Below, piece by piece: positions 52,457 to 52,935 of a stretch of DNA of 52,935 nucleotides (positions are counted from its first letter, which is position 1; each line of letters opens with the position of its first letter). Origin of the DNA: a phage; the NCBI GenBank assembly GCA_024614105.1, contig GCA_024614105.1_4894.1; one strand, 5' to 3'. The notes under the pieces are model-generated. The model saw nothing but the letters and a program-made list of their open reading frames with translations. It was not told where the DNA came from and did not search any database. The position numbers and the translations under genes were made by a program.

Positions 52457-52746
52457 TGGACCTGTTCGATATGGTCGAACATCCTGAAGTAAACGGCTTG
52501 GCGGAAGCTAAGCCGTTTAGCTGGGATGAATTCGTAGCAGGCAAACCTGCTGTAACCCACAACGGGCAGATTGCATATTACGGAGGCCATAGCGAACATC
52601 CGATGTGCACTCACCTGTACAACGCTATCACAACCATAGCCGACGAAAACGTTATTAAATATGGAAAAGAAGTAATGCCTTTTCTTGTAGATGAACGCGG
52701 TTACTTCGAAGGTAAATGGTTCCCGTTTCTGGTAGAAATGGCATAA
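52456..52746 (+). CDS. hypothetical protein
   Basis: 96 aa; TGATG coupling. Confidence 0.45.
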   Translation: MDLFDMVEHPEVNGLAEAKPFSWDEFVAGKPAVTHNGQIAYYGGHSEHPMCTHLYNAITTIADENVIKYGKEVMPFLVDERGYFEGKWFPFLVEMA

Positions 52747-52862
52747 AAACCGGATAAATATAAAGGCGTCTAAGCTAGTTCTTCATCTATATAAGCTACT
52801 TATTCGCCTTTCTACTGTAGACTTTCTCATCATCTCTCTAGACACTCCATTTTTATATTCTG

Positions 52863-52891
52863 TTTACTTACTTCGCGTAACTCGTTATAAT
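52863..52891 (+). promoter_or_regulatory. sigma70-type promoter (TTTACT-N17-TATAAT)
   Basis: -35 52863-52868, -10 52886-52891. Confidence 0.5.
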
Positions 52892-52923
52892 CCCGACTAT
52901 CCGGATTAACGAGGACGATACCC

Positions 52924-52935
52924 ATGGCAAAACCT
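52924..52935 (+). CDS. start of a gene truncated by the window end
   Basis: ATG with RBS GAGGA 7 nt upstream and a TTTACT-N17-TATAAT promoter at 52863-52891; only four codons visible. Confidence 0.2.

Noticed and set aside
1-52935. Integrase, repressor, excisionase or attachment site indicating a temperate phage or integrated element
   Set aside because: No recombinase or CI-like gene recognised; the tRNA-like T-arm alone is not evidence for an att site.

Overview
The window looks like a near-complete genome of a virulent tailed dsDNA phage with a contractile tail; no integrase, repressor or CRISPR array was recognised. Bases 1-26270 (+ strand) carry packaging, head, an Ig-like-domain protein pair, a sheath/tube/tape-measure/baseplate/fibre tail module and a lysis cassette. 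Bases 26287-42056 (- strand) carry replication, recombination and nucleotide-metabolism genes. Bases 42210-46146 (+) hold a primase-helicase, 46143-49233 (-) a run of about twelve very small genes, and 50085-52746 (+) DHFR, a P-loop kinase and unknowns. The best candidate for an undescribed system is a cytosine-modification pathway: the thymidylate-synthase homolog carries Asp where ThyA has Asn177 (the dCMP-specificity switch), and is coupled to a MazG-like pyrophosphatase, with dCMP deaminase, DHFR and a kinase elsewhere. Other notable signals are a probable -1 frameshift in the tail chaperone gene, a family of flank-conserved hairpins between the small genes, a CACCAC/GTGGTG dyad inside the - strand promoters, two large repeat-rich noncoding regions, and a tRNA-like T-arm. 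All calls are from reading the sequence by eye; no searches were run.
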